Source: a virus (Duplodnaviria; Caudoviricetes). From it: a stretch of DNA of 64,000 nucleotides. The DNA lies in IMG/VR virus record IMGVR_UViG_3300013383_000031, positions 7,550 through 71,549 of that record; one strand, written 5' to 3'. Position numbers and translations under genes: made by a program. The notes under the pieces were generated by a model. That model saw only the letters and a list, made by a program, of their open reading frames with translations, ran no database searches and had not been told where the DNA came from. The first letter of the stretch is position 1; every line of letters starts with the position of its first letter. This document shows positions 30,433 through 37,824 of this stretch, piece after piece.

Positions 30433-30558
30433 CTAGAACAACAACCAATAGATAACTAATACACCTAAGATGAACGGTAATGCGTGCAATAGTGCTACAA
30501 ACAGTATCATAAGACCAGCACCAATCAAAGCCAAAAAGCCTTCTAACCAATTTACCAT
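30433..30558 (-). CDS. 41-aa membrane peptide (not in ORF track)
   Basis: MVNWLEGFLALIGAGLMILFVALLHALPFILGVLVIYWLLF; SD GAAAGGGTG. Confidence 0.65.
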   Translation of the reverse strand: MVNWLEGFLALIGAGLMILFVALLHALPFILGVLVIYWLLF

Positions 30559-30582
30559 GATATCACACCCTTTCTTGTAACT

Positions 30583-30676
30583 ATAGCCTATCTCATCAGT
30601 AGTGGTGGGCTAATTCCACTAGACAAGGGGATAAACCCCTTGTTTCGATTGCTAGGGTTTCCCCTAGCGTAATTAG
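30583..30676 (-). ncRNA. Type II hammerhead ribozyme
   Basis: Minus strand: AATC-GAAA-CAAGGGG/TTTAT/CCCCTTG-TC | TAGTGG/AATTAGCCCA/CCACTA-CTGATGA-GAT-AGGCTA. Complete core, GUC cleavage site between 30622 and 30621, loop-I pseudoknot partner. Confidence 0.85.
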
Positions 30677-31645
30677 TTACCAGTCTTCATCTCTATCGTC
30701 ATCATAATCGTCATCGTCGTCTTCTTCATCCCAACGATAACTATAATCATCACATACCCATTCTTCTTCTGGTGGTTCAAACATGTAATTGGCTACTTCA
30801 TCATTTCCCAATTCATGTAGTTTATCCGCCATTTTTTCGAGAGACATATCGTATGTCTCTGTATCACATACCTGCCACAAAGCGTCCGTGAAGTCAAGAA
30901 TATTATACATATCCTTGGCTTTCAGTGTACTGTTGAAAATACGGAGTTCCCACGTGTTATTCGACATAAAGTTTACACAACGATATCTTGTTTCATCGGT
31001 GTGAAACTTTTTTCCGAAGCCACCGCCAAATACGCTGTAATTACCTTCTTCTGCATATGCGATAGCCTCACTAAGTTGACCATCTTCAAGGCAGTATGGA
31101 GTAGCACACCAACTATCCCATGTAGGCTGTGCCCTTCTAGCGAAACGGCGAATAGTATCTTCATTAGCCGTAATAAACAACAACGCATTAACTGCTGCGT
31201 TAAATGGATACTGGAGAGATTTACGATTTACGTGAACATGAATACCAGCTTTATCACATTCATTGAAATCAGTCTGAATGTAATGATTCGCTTTAATCAC
31301 ATCGAAGAAGTCTTCCCAGTTAAGCATACGGAGCAAGTTCATAGTCATTGGAGATGTTACGAACTCAAAAGCGTTGCCATAAAGAGAACCGTCATCTTTG
31401 ACTTCAAACAGACTCGTAGAGTCACTATCTGCGTTAATCGGTTCAAACAGGCTATTAATAGCGGCATATGCAGTATCATAGTCTACTTCGGACTCATAAC
31501 GTGATGTATAATCACAGAATTCCAATTCTACACCAAAATGGCGTCTCTGTAAACCGCTTGCAAGTACGGAACAATTCCGCCCCAAAAGCAAGCGATTCAA
31601 GTTTTTGGAATAGTTGGCGAACGCCAATCCACAGGTATGTGGCAT
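30677..31645 (-). CDS. Amidoligase (COOH-NH2 ligase type 2), second paralog
   Basis: FGVELEF, KDDGSL, FEFVTSP, AGIHVHVN, RYRCVNF, TWELRIFNST. Confidence 0.88.
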   Translation of the reverse strand: MPHTCGLAFANYSKNLNRLLLGRNCSVLASGLQRRHFGVELEFCDYTSRYESEVDYDTAYAAINSLFEPINADSDSTSLFEVKDDGSLYGNAFEFVTSPMTMNLLRMLNWEDFFDVIKANHYIQTDFNECDKAGIHVHVNRKSLQYPFNAAVNALLFITANEDTIRRFARRAQPTWDSWCATPYCLEDGQLSEAIAYAEEGNYSVFGGGFGKKFHTDETRYRCVNFMSNNTWELRIFNSTLKAKDMYNILDFTDALWQVCDTETYDMSLEKMADKLHELGNDEVANYMFEPPEEEWVCDDYSYRWDEEDDDDDYDDDRDEDW

Positions 31646-31650
31646 AATAA

Positions 31651-31932
31651 TTATCTCCCTTCTTCTGCCAATACGTTTGCATAGGTGTTAAAACCCATAA
31701 CAACGTTATCATAAGTTGGTTCTACATTCATGATACGAGCCAACATATGCATAAACGTTGGAATGGAATATTTAGTACGTGTGTTGCCATCTCTGACAAT
31801 AACACGACCAAACGATACGGTAGCGGTTCTAGTTCTTACATTACCGTTTTTATCAATGAAATAGCTATCAGCACAACCGTGCAGAATAGACTTAACAAAC
31901 GCCATTTTACTAGTTTTCATGGTGACAACCAC
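31651..31932 (-). CDS. Hypothetical protein
   Basis: 93 aa, SD AGAAAGGTG. Confidence 0.6.
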   Translation of the reverse strand: MVVTMKTSKMAFVKSILHGCADSYFIDKNGNVRTRTATVSFGRVIVRDGNTRTKYSIPTFMHMLARIMNVEPTYDNVVMGFNTYANVLAEEGR

Positions 31933-31944
31933 CTTTCTGTATAA

Positions 31945-32301
31945 TTAGTTATTGAGAGAGGTGAGCATATTGGTAATCATGCCCTGAATAGCTTTCGTAA
32001 TTTCGTCAACGCTTGCGTCTTTCAGTTCCTTAGCTTTGTCAGCGTCGAATTTCTTCAGAGTAGCGAGCAGTTTCTTCTTCACATCGCTATCTACTTCTTT
32101 CCATGCTTTCATTGGCATAGAGAGGTCAAAACGATAGGTTTTACCGTCCATAGTAAGACCGTTCGTATGTACTACGAAAGTTTCATAGTTGTCGCCAGCT
32201 TTATGGCCTCTGCCATCTTTTGCGTACTGGCGAGTTTCTTTGGTCATTGGAGCAACCAAATACATAATACCGTCTCTTTTTTCGATTCTTGCGTTTTCCA
32301 T
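31945..32301 (-). CDS. Hypothetical protein
   Basis: 118 aa, strong SD GAAAGGAG, highly-expressed-looking codons. Confidence 0.7.
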   Translation of the reverse strand: MENARIEKRDGIMYLVAPMTKETRQYAKDGRGHKAGDNYETFVVHTNGLTMDGKTYRFDLSMPMKAWKEVDSDVKKKLLATLKKFDADKAKELKDASVDEITKAIQGMITNMLTSLNN

Positions 32302-32399
32302 AGGAAAACTCCTTTCTGCCTTATGGCAATACTATTTGTTTTGGGGTAATCCCCATTGAATAGGGCTGTTTTAGGCACAACCCTTTAGAAGCCTATCAA

Positions 32400-32486
32400 T
32401 TACAGATTAAAGTGCATTAGCATGTATACAAACACCACTAATGCGAGAAATGTTTCAAGTATCTCAATCAGTGGGTCTCTTCGCAT
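32400..32486 (-). CDS. 28-aa membrane peptide (not in ORF track)
   Basis: MRRDPLIEILETFLALVVFVYMLMHFNL; SD GGGGGTGA. Confidence 0.5.
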   Translation of the reverse strand: MRRDPLIEILETFLALVVFVYMLMHFNL

Positions 32487-32528
32487 AATGTTCACCCCCT
32501 AAAATCGTCAAAATGATGAAATTCCACG

Positions 32529-32747
32529 TTATTCAACGAGGAAATCAACATCGTCGTGATTGTAATGACTCTTTGTATAGGCTGCTTCAGTGGGGAAGAA
32601 AAAACCACCTTTACAATAGAGTTCTTGTCTCCCACATTCAAATTCAACGTTATATGGGAAAACAGAATCTTCAAATACTCCAATGATAATACCGTGACCA
32701 AATTTTTTGGTCACTACGTTAGTGCCGATTGGCAATAAATGTTTCAT
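32529..32747 (-). CDS. Small SH3-like hypothetical protein
   Basis: IGTNVVTKKFGHGIII, similar to the repeats of the 29847 gene; SD GAGGTG. Confidence 0.6.
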   Translation of the reverse strand: MKHLLPIGTNVVTKKFGHGIIIGVFEDSVFPYNVEFECGRQELYCKGGFFFPTEAAYTKSHYNHDDVDFLVE

Positions 32748-32756
32748 ATTAACACC

Positions 32757-33254
32757 TCATCTTAAAGCTCTTAAACCATTATGATTATCGTGTTTACGGC
32801 GAATTTCATATAATTCATCCAGATATTTATTATGAACGAATTGACACTGATAGCAATCATGCACTATATCGTAATGCATGAGTATCAATCTAATATTCTT
32901 TATTGAACAGAAATTGATAAGAGCTACCAATGCGGTACTCATACCAGTTACCACACAAAACATAGTGGACAATTCATCCATATCACTGAAAGACTGAACT
33001 AATGATTCAGTTAACCCGTCTACATCGAGAGGGTTCATCAGACACTTAGGGAAGATTCCCCCCATATTAGCAATTTCGTTATCATGACGAGAGTCGCACA
33101 ACTGCCACACAGGTGCATGAACTTCAGTGATTTCGTTCATGGTATATTTTTCTACCTGTGTCAAATTAGTAGATGCGATACCTTTGTCAGTAACGAAGAA
33201 GGTACGTTTCGTCCCATAGAAATTAGAAAAGTCTTTACGACGCATGCTTATCAC
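32757..33254 (-). CDS. Hypothetical protein with Rossmann-like (CARF-like?) C-terminal half
   Basis: CVVTGMSTALVALINFC...LILMHYD beta-TG-helix-beta pattern. Confidence 0.4.
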   Translation of the reverse strand: MISMRRKDFSNFYGTKRTFFVTDKGIASTNLTQVEKYTMNEITEVHAPVWQLCDSRHDNEIANMGGIFPKCLMNPLDVDGLTESLVQSFSDMDELSTMFCVVTGMSTALVALINFCSIKNIRLILMHYDIVHDCYQCQFVHNKYLDELYEIRRKHDNHNGLRALR

Positions 33255-33257
33255 TCC

Positions 33258-33383
33258 TTACATAATAACCGTAAAGAACAGATGAGTAATAGCCATGAAA
33301 GCCATACCCATAAAGATACCAGCCGTAATCATATAGAAATTATCATTGTGTTCGGCGGTAGTAATCTTATTCGCCCTTTTCAT
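33258..33383 (-). CDS. 41-aa membrane peptide (not in ORF track)
   Basis: MKRANKITTAEHNDNFYMITAGIFMGMAFMAITHLFFTVIM; SD AGGAGGTGA. Confidence 0.65.
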   Translation of the reverse strand: MKRANKITTAEHNDNFYMITAGIFMGMAFMAITHLFFTVIM

Positions 33384-33709
33384 TATATCACCTCCTACTA
33401 ATAGAGTAAATGGAAGTAGGCTTTCTATTGGAAGAAAAACCCACTAGAAAGAACCTTGTGTATAGCCAAGTATTGGTTTAGGTACACAATCACTGTTACT
33501 AACTCACCTAGAGTAACCAAGGTTTGTTACACACTTATCCACGCTGACTTTGGTAAGTTATTTATCACCGTCTAATGGCGTGTGTAACTGGCTCTGTTCT
33601 TAATCACGTATAGGTTCTTCTATACGCTTGTGGTCAAGCTCTCACCCTACGTGTGTAGGGATATTCTGTTTTCCGTCCGGCTGGCTTGTTCACCAACCTT
33701 TCGGCAAAT

Positions 33710-33736
33710 TCACTTTCTGGGGTTTAGTTCGGGAAA
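33710..33736 (-). promoter_or_regulatory. Conserved early-region motif, copy 3
   Basis: TTTCCCGAACTAAACCCCAGAAAGTGA, 24/27 identical to copy 2. Confidence 0.6.
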
Positions 33737-34431
33737 CTTTTTTGGGCCAGATTGTCAACCAACCATCAACCATCAGTCAAAGCTAGGTTTACAATCCACC
33801 ATATCATAGATATATCATAGATAACAGATACGGATGAATATATGTGAGAATATAAACCATGTAAAACGGCGATAATAAAATACTAGCCCCTTTTTAATAG
33901 AACTAACAAGATAGCTATATATAGAGCAAAACATAGGCAACTATGCCCCTGCGAAATGCAAATGCAAATAATGTGTGAAATAGTGTAAAACGGCGAAAAT
34001 TTAATTATTAGCCCTCTCTTTAATAGTTAATAGTTAAATTAGTAAGATAATAGTATATAGAGTGTATAGTATCAGTATAAGGCATTGTAAGTGTATAATA
34101 GTTACTTTTGTTATGTGATTTACTAGCAAAAACCTATAAAACCTATAAAAAACGCGTAAAAAGCTCTCTATTACTTAGTTTTGTTCGTAGAACAGGTGTA
34201 CTAAAATAGGGTAAAAGTGACAAAAATCACGGGGTTATATAAAGAAATCGTGAATTTTAATACGAAAAGTTGTTCGTTTTGTTCGGTATATAAATTAAAA
34301 CACGTTCACGCCCCTGCGTGTGCCCCCTACCTACCCCCTACTGCACGTCCATGCCACGCCTATCCTAAGCGTTAGTCCTGCCTATTGCGTCGTGTTATGG
34401 GAAATTGAGTAGAAGAATGGCTGAGCACAGA

Positions 34432-34464
34432 AGAAAAAAAAGAAAAGGGACGCTACGGCGTCCC
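34432..34464 (-). terminator. Intrinsic terminator
   Basis: GGGACGC-CGTA-GCGTCCC then U-run on the minus strand, just after the 34471 stop. Confidence 0.85.
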
Positions 34465-34470
34465 AGTTTC

Positions 34471-34779
34471 TCAACCTTTCAATGATTCGAGTGCACGTTT
34501 TGTTAAGTATTCTAAATCGTCTTGGTAATACCCGTATACGCCAGCCTCTTTTAAAGCTCCTTTGATGTCACGGGCGGCTACTTGAATGCCCCATTGTTGT
34601 TCTGTATCGTCAACCGGATAATCCTTCGGTTCTTTCAGAACATGGGCGGCGTATTCCATGAGATTCGCAATTCGTTCTAGCATGTCCACTAACTGTTTTT
34701 CATCCGTGTCGTACAGCCGTGCAAGCTGTCCGACCTGTTCGCCTAATTGGGCCATCTGGCCGGATAATTTTTCGTACAT
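34471..34779 (-). CDS. Hypothetical helical early protein
   Basis: 102 aa, SD AAGGAG. Confidence 0.7.
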   Translation of the reverse strand: MYEKLSGQMAQLGEQVGQLARLYDTDEKQLVDMLERIANLMEYAAHVLKEPKDYPVDDTEQQWGIQVAARDIKGALKEAGVYGYYQDDLEYLTKRALESLKG

Positions 34780-34842
34780 CTTAATTTTCTCCTTTTTTAA
34801 ATTGGGATTATCGGGGGCAAATTGCCCCCTATCCCAGCTATC

Positions 34843-35277
34843 TTACTTTTGCAGACCTCTCAAAAGCGTGGCCATTTCAGCCAACTGCTTTTTGAGTTCC
34901 TCGATTTCCGAGGCGGCTGATTTTCTGCCTTTTTTTGCCACGTCCCCGTTGGCGTCTAGTACGGTAAACATACGAGACGCTTTATAGATGAACGGGTTCC
35001 CAGCATTAAACTCAATGCTACCCCAGTCACCTACAAGGGACTTTGCACCGTCCAACGGTACAAAGACGAGGGCACTAGTCACACCGCCTTTTTTGGTAGG
35101 GAAAGCGGTGTCTAATCCCACTACCATCTCTACTTTGAACAGGTGGACTCCGTTCACCGTTCCCAAAGCAATGGGTTTGCTTGCGGTGCATTTCTGCACC
35201 ACATCAAACTTACCCACTGCGTTGGCTCTTTCGATGTTGCCAACAAAAGATGTGCTTTCAGTTTTTACAGTAGCCAT
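34843..35277 (-). CDS. Hypothetical early protein with C-terminal coiled coil
   Basis: 144 aa, SD AAAGGGG. Confidence 0.7.
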   Translation of the reverse strand: MATVKTESTSFVGNIERANAVGKFDVVQKCTASKPIALGTVNGVHLFKVEMVVGLDTAFPTKKGGVTSALVFVPLDGAKSLVGDWGSIEFNAGNPFIYKASRMFTVLDANGDVAKKGRKSAASEIEELKKQLAEMATLLRGLQK

Positions 35278-35332
35278 GATAACTACCCCTTTCTTCCCCC
35301 AGTCGGGGGAAACACCTAACTGAATGACGATA

Positions 35333-35349
35333 TTCAGTTTTCAAAGAAC
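35333..35349 (-). promoter_or_regulatory. rrn-type boxA antitermination-like element
   Basis: GTTCTTTGAAAACTGAA followed by/overlapping the hairpin ACTGAAT/ATTCAGT. Confidence 0.55.
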
Positions 35350-35380
35350 GTGGGTTGTGAGTTGTGATTTTCTCATTCCC

Positions 35381-35414
35381 CTTGTGTCACTTTATAGGGT
35401 TTAGTATGGGAAAG
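35381..35414 (-). promoter_or_regulatory. Conserved early-region motif, copy 1
   Basis: CTTTCCCATACTAAACCCTATAAAGTGACACAAG, 32/34 identical to copy 2. Confidence 0.65.
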
Positions 35415-35437
35415 AAATTTCATGAATTTTAGGCAAT

Positions 35438-35459
35438 AAAAAAGCCCTCTTACGAGGGC
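35438..35459 (-). terminator. Intrinsic terminator
   Basis: GCCCTC-GTAA-GAGGGC-TTTTTT on the minus strand after the 35467 stop. Confidence 0.85.
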
Positions 35460-35466
35460 CATTTTA

Positions 35467-35682
35467 TTATCGTTCACTTCTGGTTCTGTTGGCGTGCCAT
35501 TTTCTCAAGAAGTGTAATACAACTTCCTTTTTTCTGTCATCCTTTTCTGACCGGAATAAGGATGACCAGTGAAACCATGTGTATTGAATGTCTTTATCAA
35601 TACATGTCAAGCTGGTCATTACCCCTTTGTCATACCATAAGACAAACCGATATTTCCCCGTTCTGCATACTGTATGTTTCAT
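35467..35682 (-). CDS. Hypothetical first early protein
   Basis: 71 aa basic protein, SD GAAAGAGGT, flanked by motif copy 2 and a terminator. Confidence 0.65.
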   Translation of the reverse strand: MKHTVCRTGKYRFVLWYDKGVMTSLTCIDKDIQYTWFHWSSLFRSEKDDRKKEVVLHFLRKWHANRTRSER

Positions 35683-35716
35683 TTCTACCTCTTTCCGGTT
35701 GGCAACTCACCAACCT

Positions 35717-35750
35717 CTTGGGTCACTTTATAGGGTTTAGTACGGGAAAG
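35717..35750 (-). promoter_or_regulatory. Conserved early-region motif, copy 2
   Basis: CTTTCCCGTACTAAACCCTATAAAGTGACCCAAG. Confidence 0.65.
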
Positions 35751-35958
35751 TCACAACGCTTTTATATATGATTTTATACGTTGGTTTATGGTTTACTATC
35801 ATGTTGTTACTGGTTTACAATCCTATTGTTATCATTTTACATCTCATTGGTTGACAGTGTCCACCGCTCCACCATCGCTACCCCCACCTACCTACCCCCC
35901 ACGGGGGTGGGGCTTCAGTCAGAGCCACCCGTCACGCGCCAGCCGCCCCGAAGATACC

Positions 35959-36033
35959 AGTCTCAAGAAAAATATAAGTCCCTATCTGTATATTTCCTTT
36001 ACCATACTAAAGTCTCAAGAAAAATATAAGTCC
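35959..36033 (+). repeat. 23-bp perfect direct repeat upstream of the late operon
   Basis: AGTCTCAAGAAAAATATAAGTCC at 35959-35981 and 36011-36033. Confidence 0.85.
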
Positions 36034-36056
36034 TTATATAAAAGAGGAGGTGTAAT

Positions 36057-36311
36057 ATGTACGTATATAAACCAAAAGGTGTTTGTTCACAAGAGATGTC
36101 GTTTGATATTGTGGACGGAAAGCTAAGAAATGTAGCATTTAAGGGTGGTTGCCAAGGAAACTTAGCCGCCATCGCCAAGTTAGTAGACGGAAAAGACGCC
36201 AAAACGATTGCCATCATGTTTTTAAACCACAAATGTGGCAACAGAAACACCAGTTGTATGGGAGAATTTGCCCATTTTATCCTAGAATCGTTGAAGAAAG
36301 GAGGAAATTAA
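36057..36311 (+). CDS. Stand-alone TSCPD-domain protein (TIGR03905-like)
   Basis: YKPKGVCS...FKGGCQGNL...KCG.R.TSC. Confidence 0.85.
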   Translation: MYVYKPKGVCSQEMSFDIVDGKLRNVAFKGGCQGNLAAIAKLVDGKDAKTIAIMFLNHKCGNRNTSCMGEFAHFILESLKKGGN

Positions 36312-36312
36312 C

Positions 36313-37779
36313 GTGGGACAAGTGAAGAATGAGCAGCTAGAAGAGCTACAGAAGGCGTATGAAGCTGCGAAAACCAACCTAGTAGCGTTCAGAAGGCTGT
36401 TTTTACCACTAGATGACGACGTAAAGTCCCCTTGGTACCACTATAAATGGAGTGAAATCTTGTTAGATGGCGATTCCAACTACGCAGTAGAGGGTTTTAG
36501 ACAGTCAGCTAAGTCTTCTATCGTACTTAGAGCGTTTCCTCTGTACTGTTTAGTATTTCCTAGTAAGAAAAGACAGTATGTGGTACTGATTAAGAGTACA
36601 CAAAGGGGTGCTAACGCACGATTAAAGGAAATTGCTGATGAATACTTGCATAATCCTTTACTAAACTTAAACTTAAAGAAGGTTAATCAGCAAAGTCAGG
36701 ACGTATTTGAGGTAGAGGTATACACTGGTGGGACGAAAGACGGAGAAAGGGAGACATTAACTATTCATATGGAAGCATATGGTAAAGGTTCCTCTGTCCG
36801 TGGGTTGAACTGGCACGACTTGAGACCTTCTATCGTAGTAATCGACGACCCTCAAGACTTGGAAGACTCCATGTCAGATACAGTACAGGACAAAGACTGG
36901 GACTGGTTCCTGTCTGATATCTTTTCTCTTGGTAAAGACTGTCGTATCTTTATGATTGGCAACAACCTAGGGGCTAAATGTATCATTGAACGAGTGGCAC
37001 TGCAGCCAGATGAACTGAACTTTACTTTTATGCGTATCCCTATTCTGAATGAGAAAGGAGAAAGCAACTGGCCAGAGATGTTCCCTGTCCGTGATATTGC
37101 CAACGAACGTGATAACTTTACTAAACTGGGTAAGTTAGACATCTGGGAACGAGAAAAGATGTGTATTGCGTTGTCTCCAGAGATGGCTATCTTCAAGAAG
37201 AAATACTTTAGGTACTTTGATTTGTCTAAGTTTGATTGGCACGATTGTAATATCTACATCACCATGGACTTAGCTGTTAGTAAGAAGGAGACTGCCGATG
37301 ACACCGTTATTCTCGTTACTGCTGTCAACTCTGCTAATCAATGGTTCCTTATCGACTGCACGGCAGAACGTATGGATCCTTCTGAGTCGATTGACATTCT
37401 CTTTGATTATGTATCTAAGTATCACCCCGTATCGGTGGGTATTGAACAAGTTGCATTTCAGGCGGCGATGAAACACTTCGTCGAGAAGGAAATGCCAAGA
37501 CGTAATGTATGGTTCTATATTGAAAACCTAGCGGCTAAGGAAAAGAAGGAACTCCGTATTCAATCTGCACTGCAGCCTAGATTCTCGCAGGGTTCTATCT
37601 GGTTCCCAGTTGGTATGGATTGGGTTACTAAATTGCAGGAAGAACTACTTACATTCCCCAAGGGCCTACACGACGATATTCCAGACGCCCTTGCCTACGT
37701 AGACCAGATTGCTGTTGCACCTGTATCTGCGTGGGAGAACGTAGCTGACGATGACATTGAACTTGCTGGTGGTTTATAA
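36313..37779 (+). CDS. terL: Terminase large subunit
   Basis: GFRQSAKSS Walker A variant, VVIDDPQD Walker B, MIGN, RNase H-like TMDLAVS...D and HDDIPDALAY. Confidence 0.93.
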   Translation: MGQVKNEQLEELQKAYEAAKTNLVAFRRLFLPLDDDVKSPWYHYKWSEILLDGDSNYAVEGFRQSAKSSIVLRAFPLYCLVFPSKKRQYVVLIKSTQRGANARLKEIADEYLHNPLLNLNLKKVNQQSQDVFEVEVYTGGTKDGERETLTIHMEAYGKGSSVRGLNWHDLRPSIVVIDDPQDLEDSMSDTVQDKDWDWFLSDIFSLGKDCRIFMIGNNLGAKCIIERVALQPDELNFTFMRIPILNEKGESNWPEMFPVRDIANERDNFTKLGKLDIWEREKMCIALSPEMAIFKKKYFRYFDLSKFDWHDCNIYITMDLAVSKKETADDTVILVTAVNSANQWFLIDCTAERMDPSESIDILFDYVSKYHPVSVGIEQVAFQAAMKHFVEKEMPRRNVWFYIENLAAKEKKELRIQSALQPRFSQGSIWFPVGMDWVTKLQEELLTFPKGLHDDIPDALAYVDQIAVAPVSAWENVADDDIELAGGL

Positions 37780-37824
37780 TTCTTATAAAAGAGGAGTTAT
37801 TTAAAACGAAAGGAGGTAACCACT

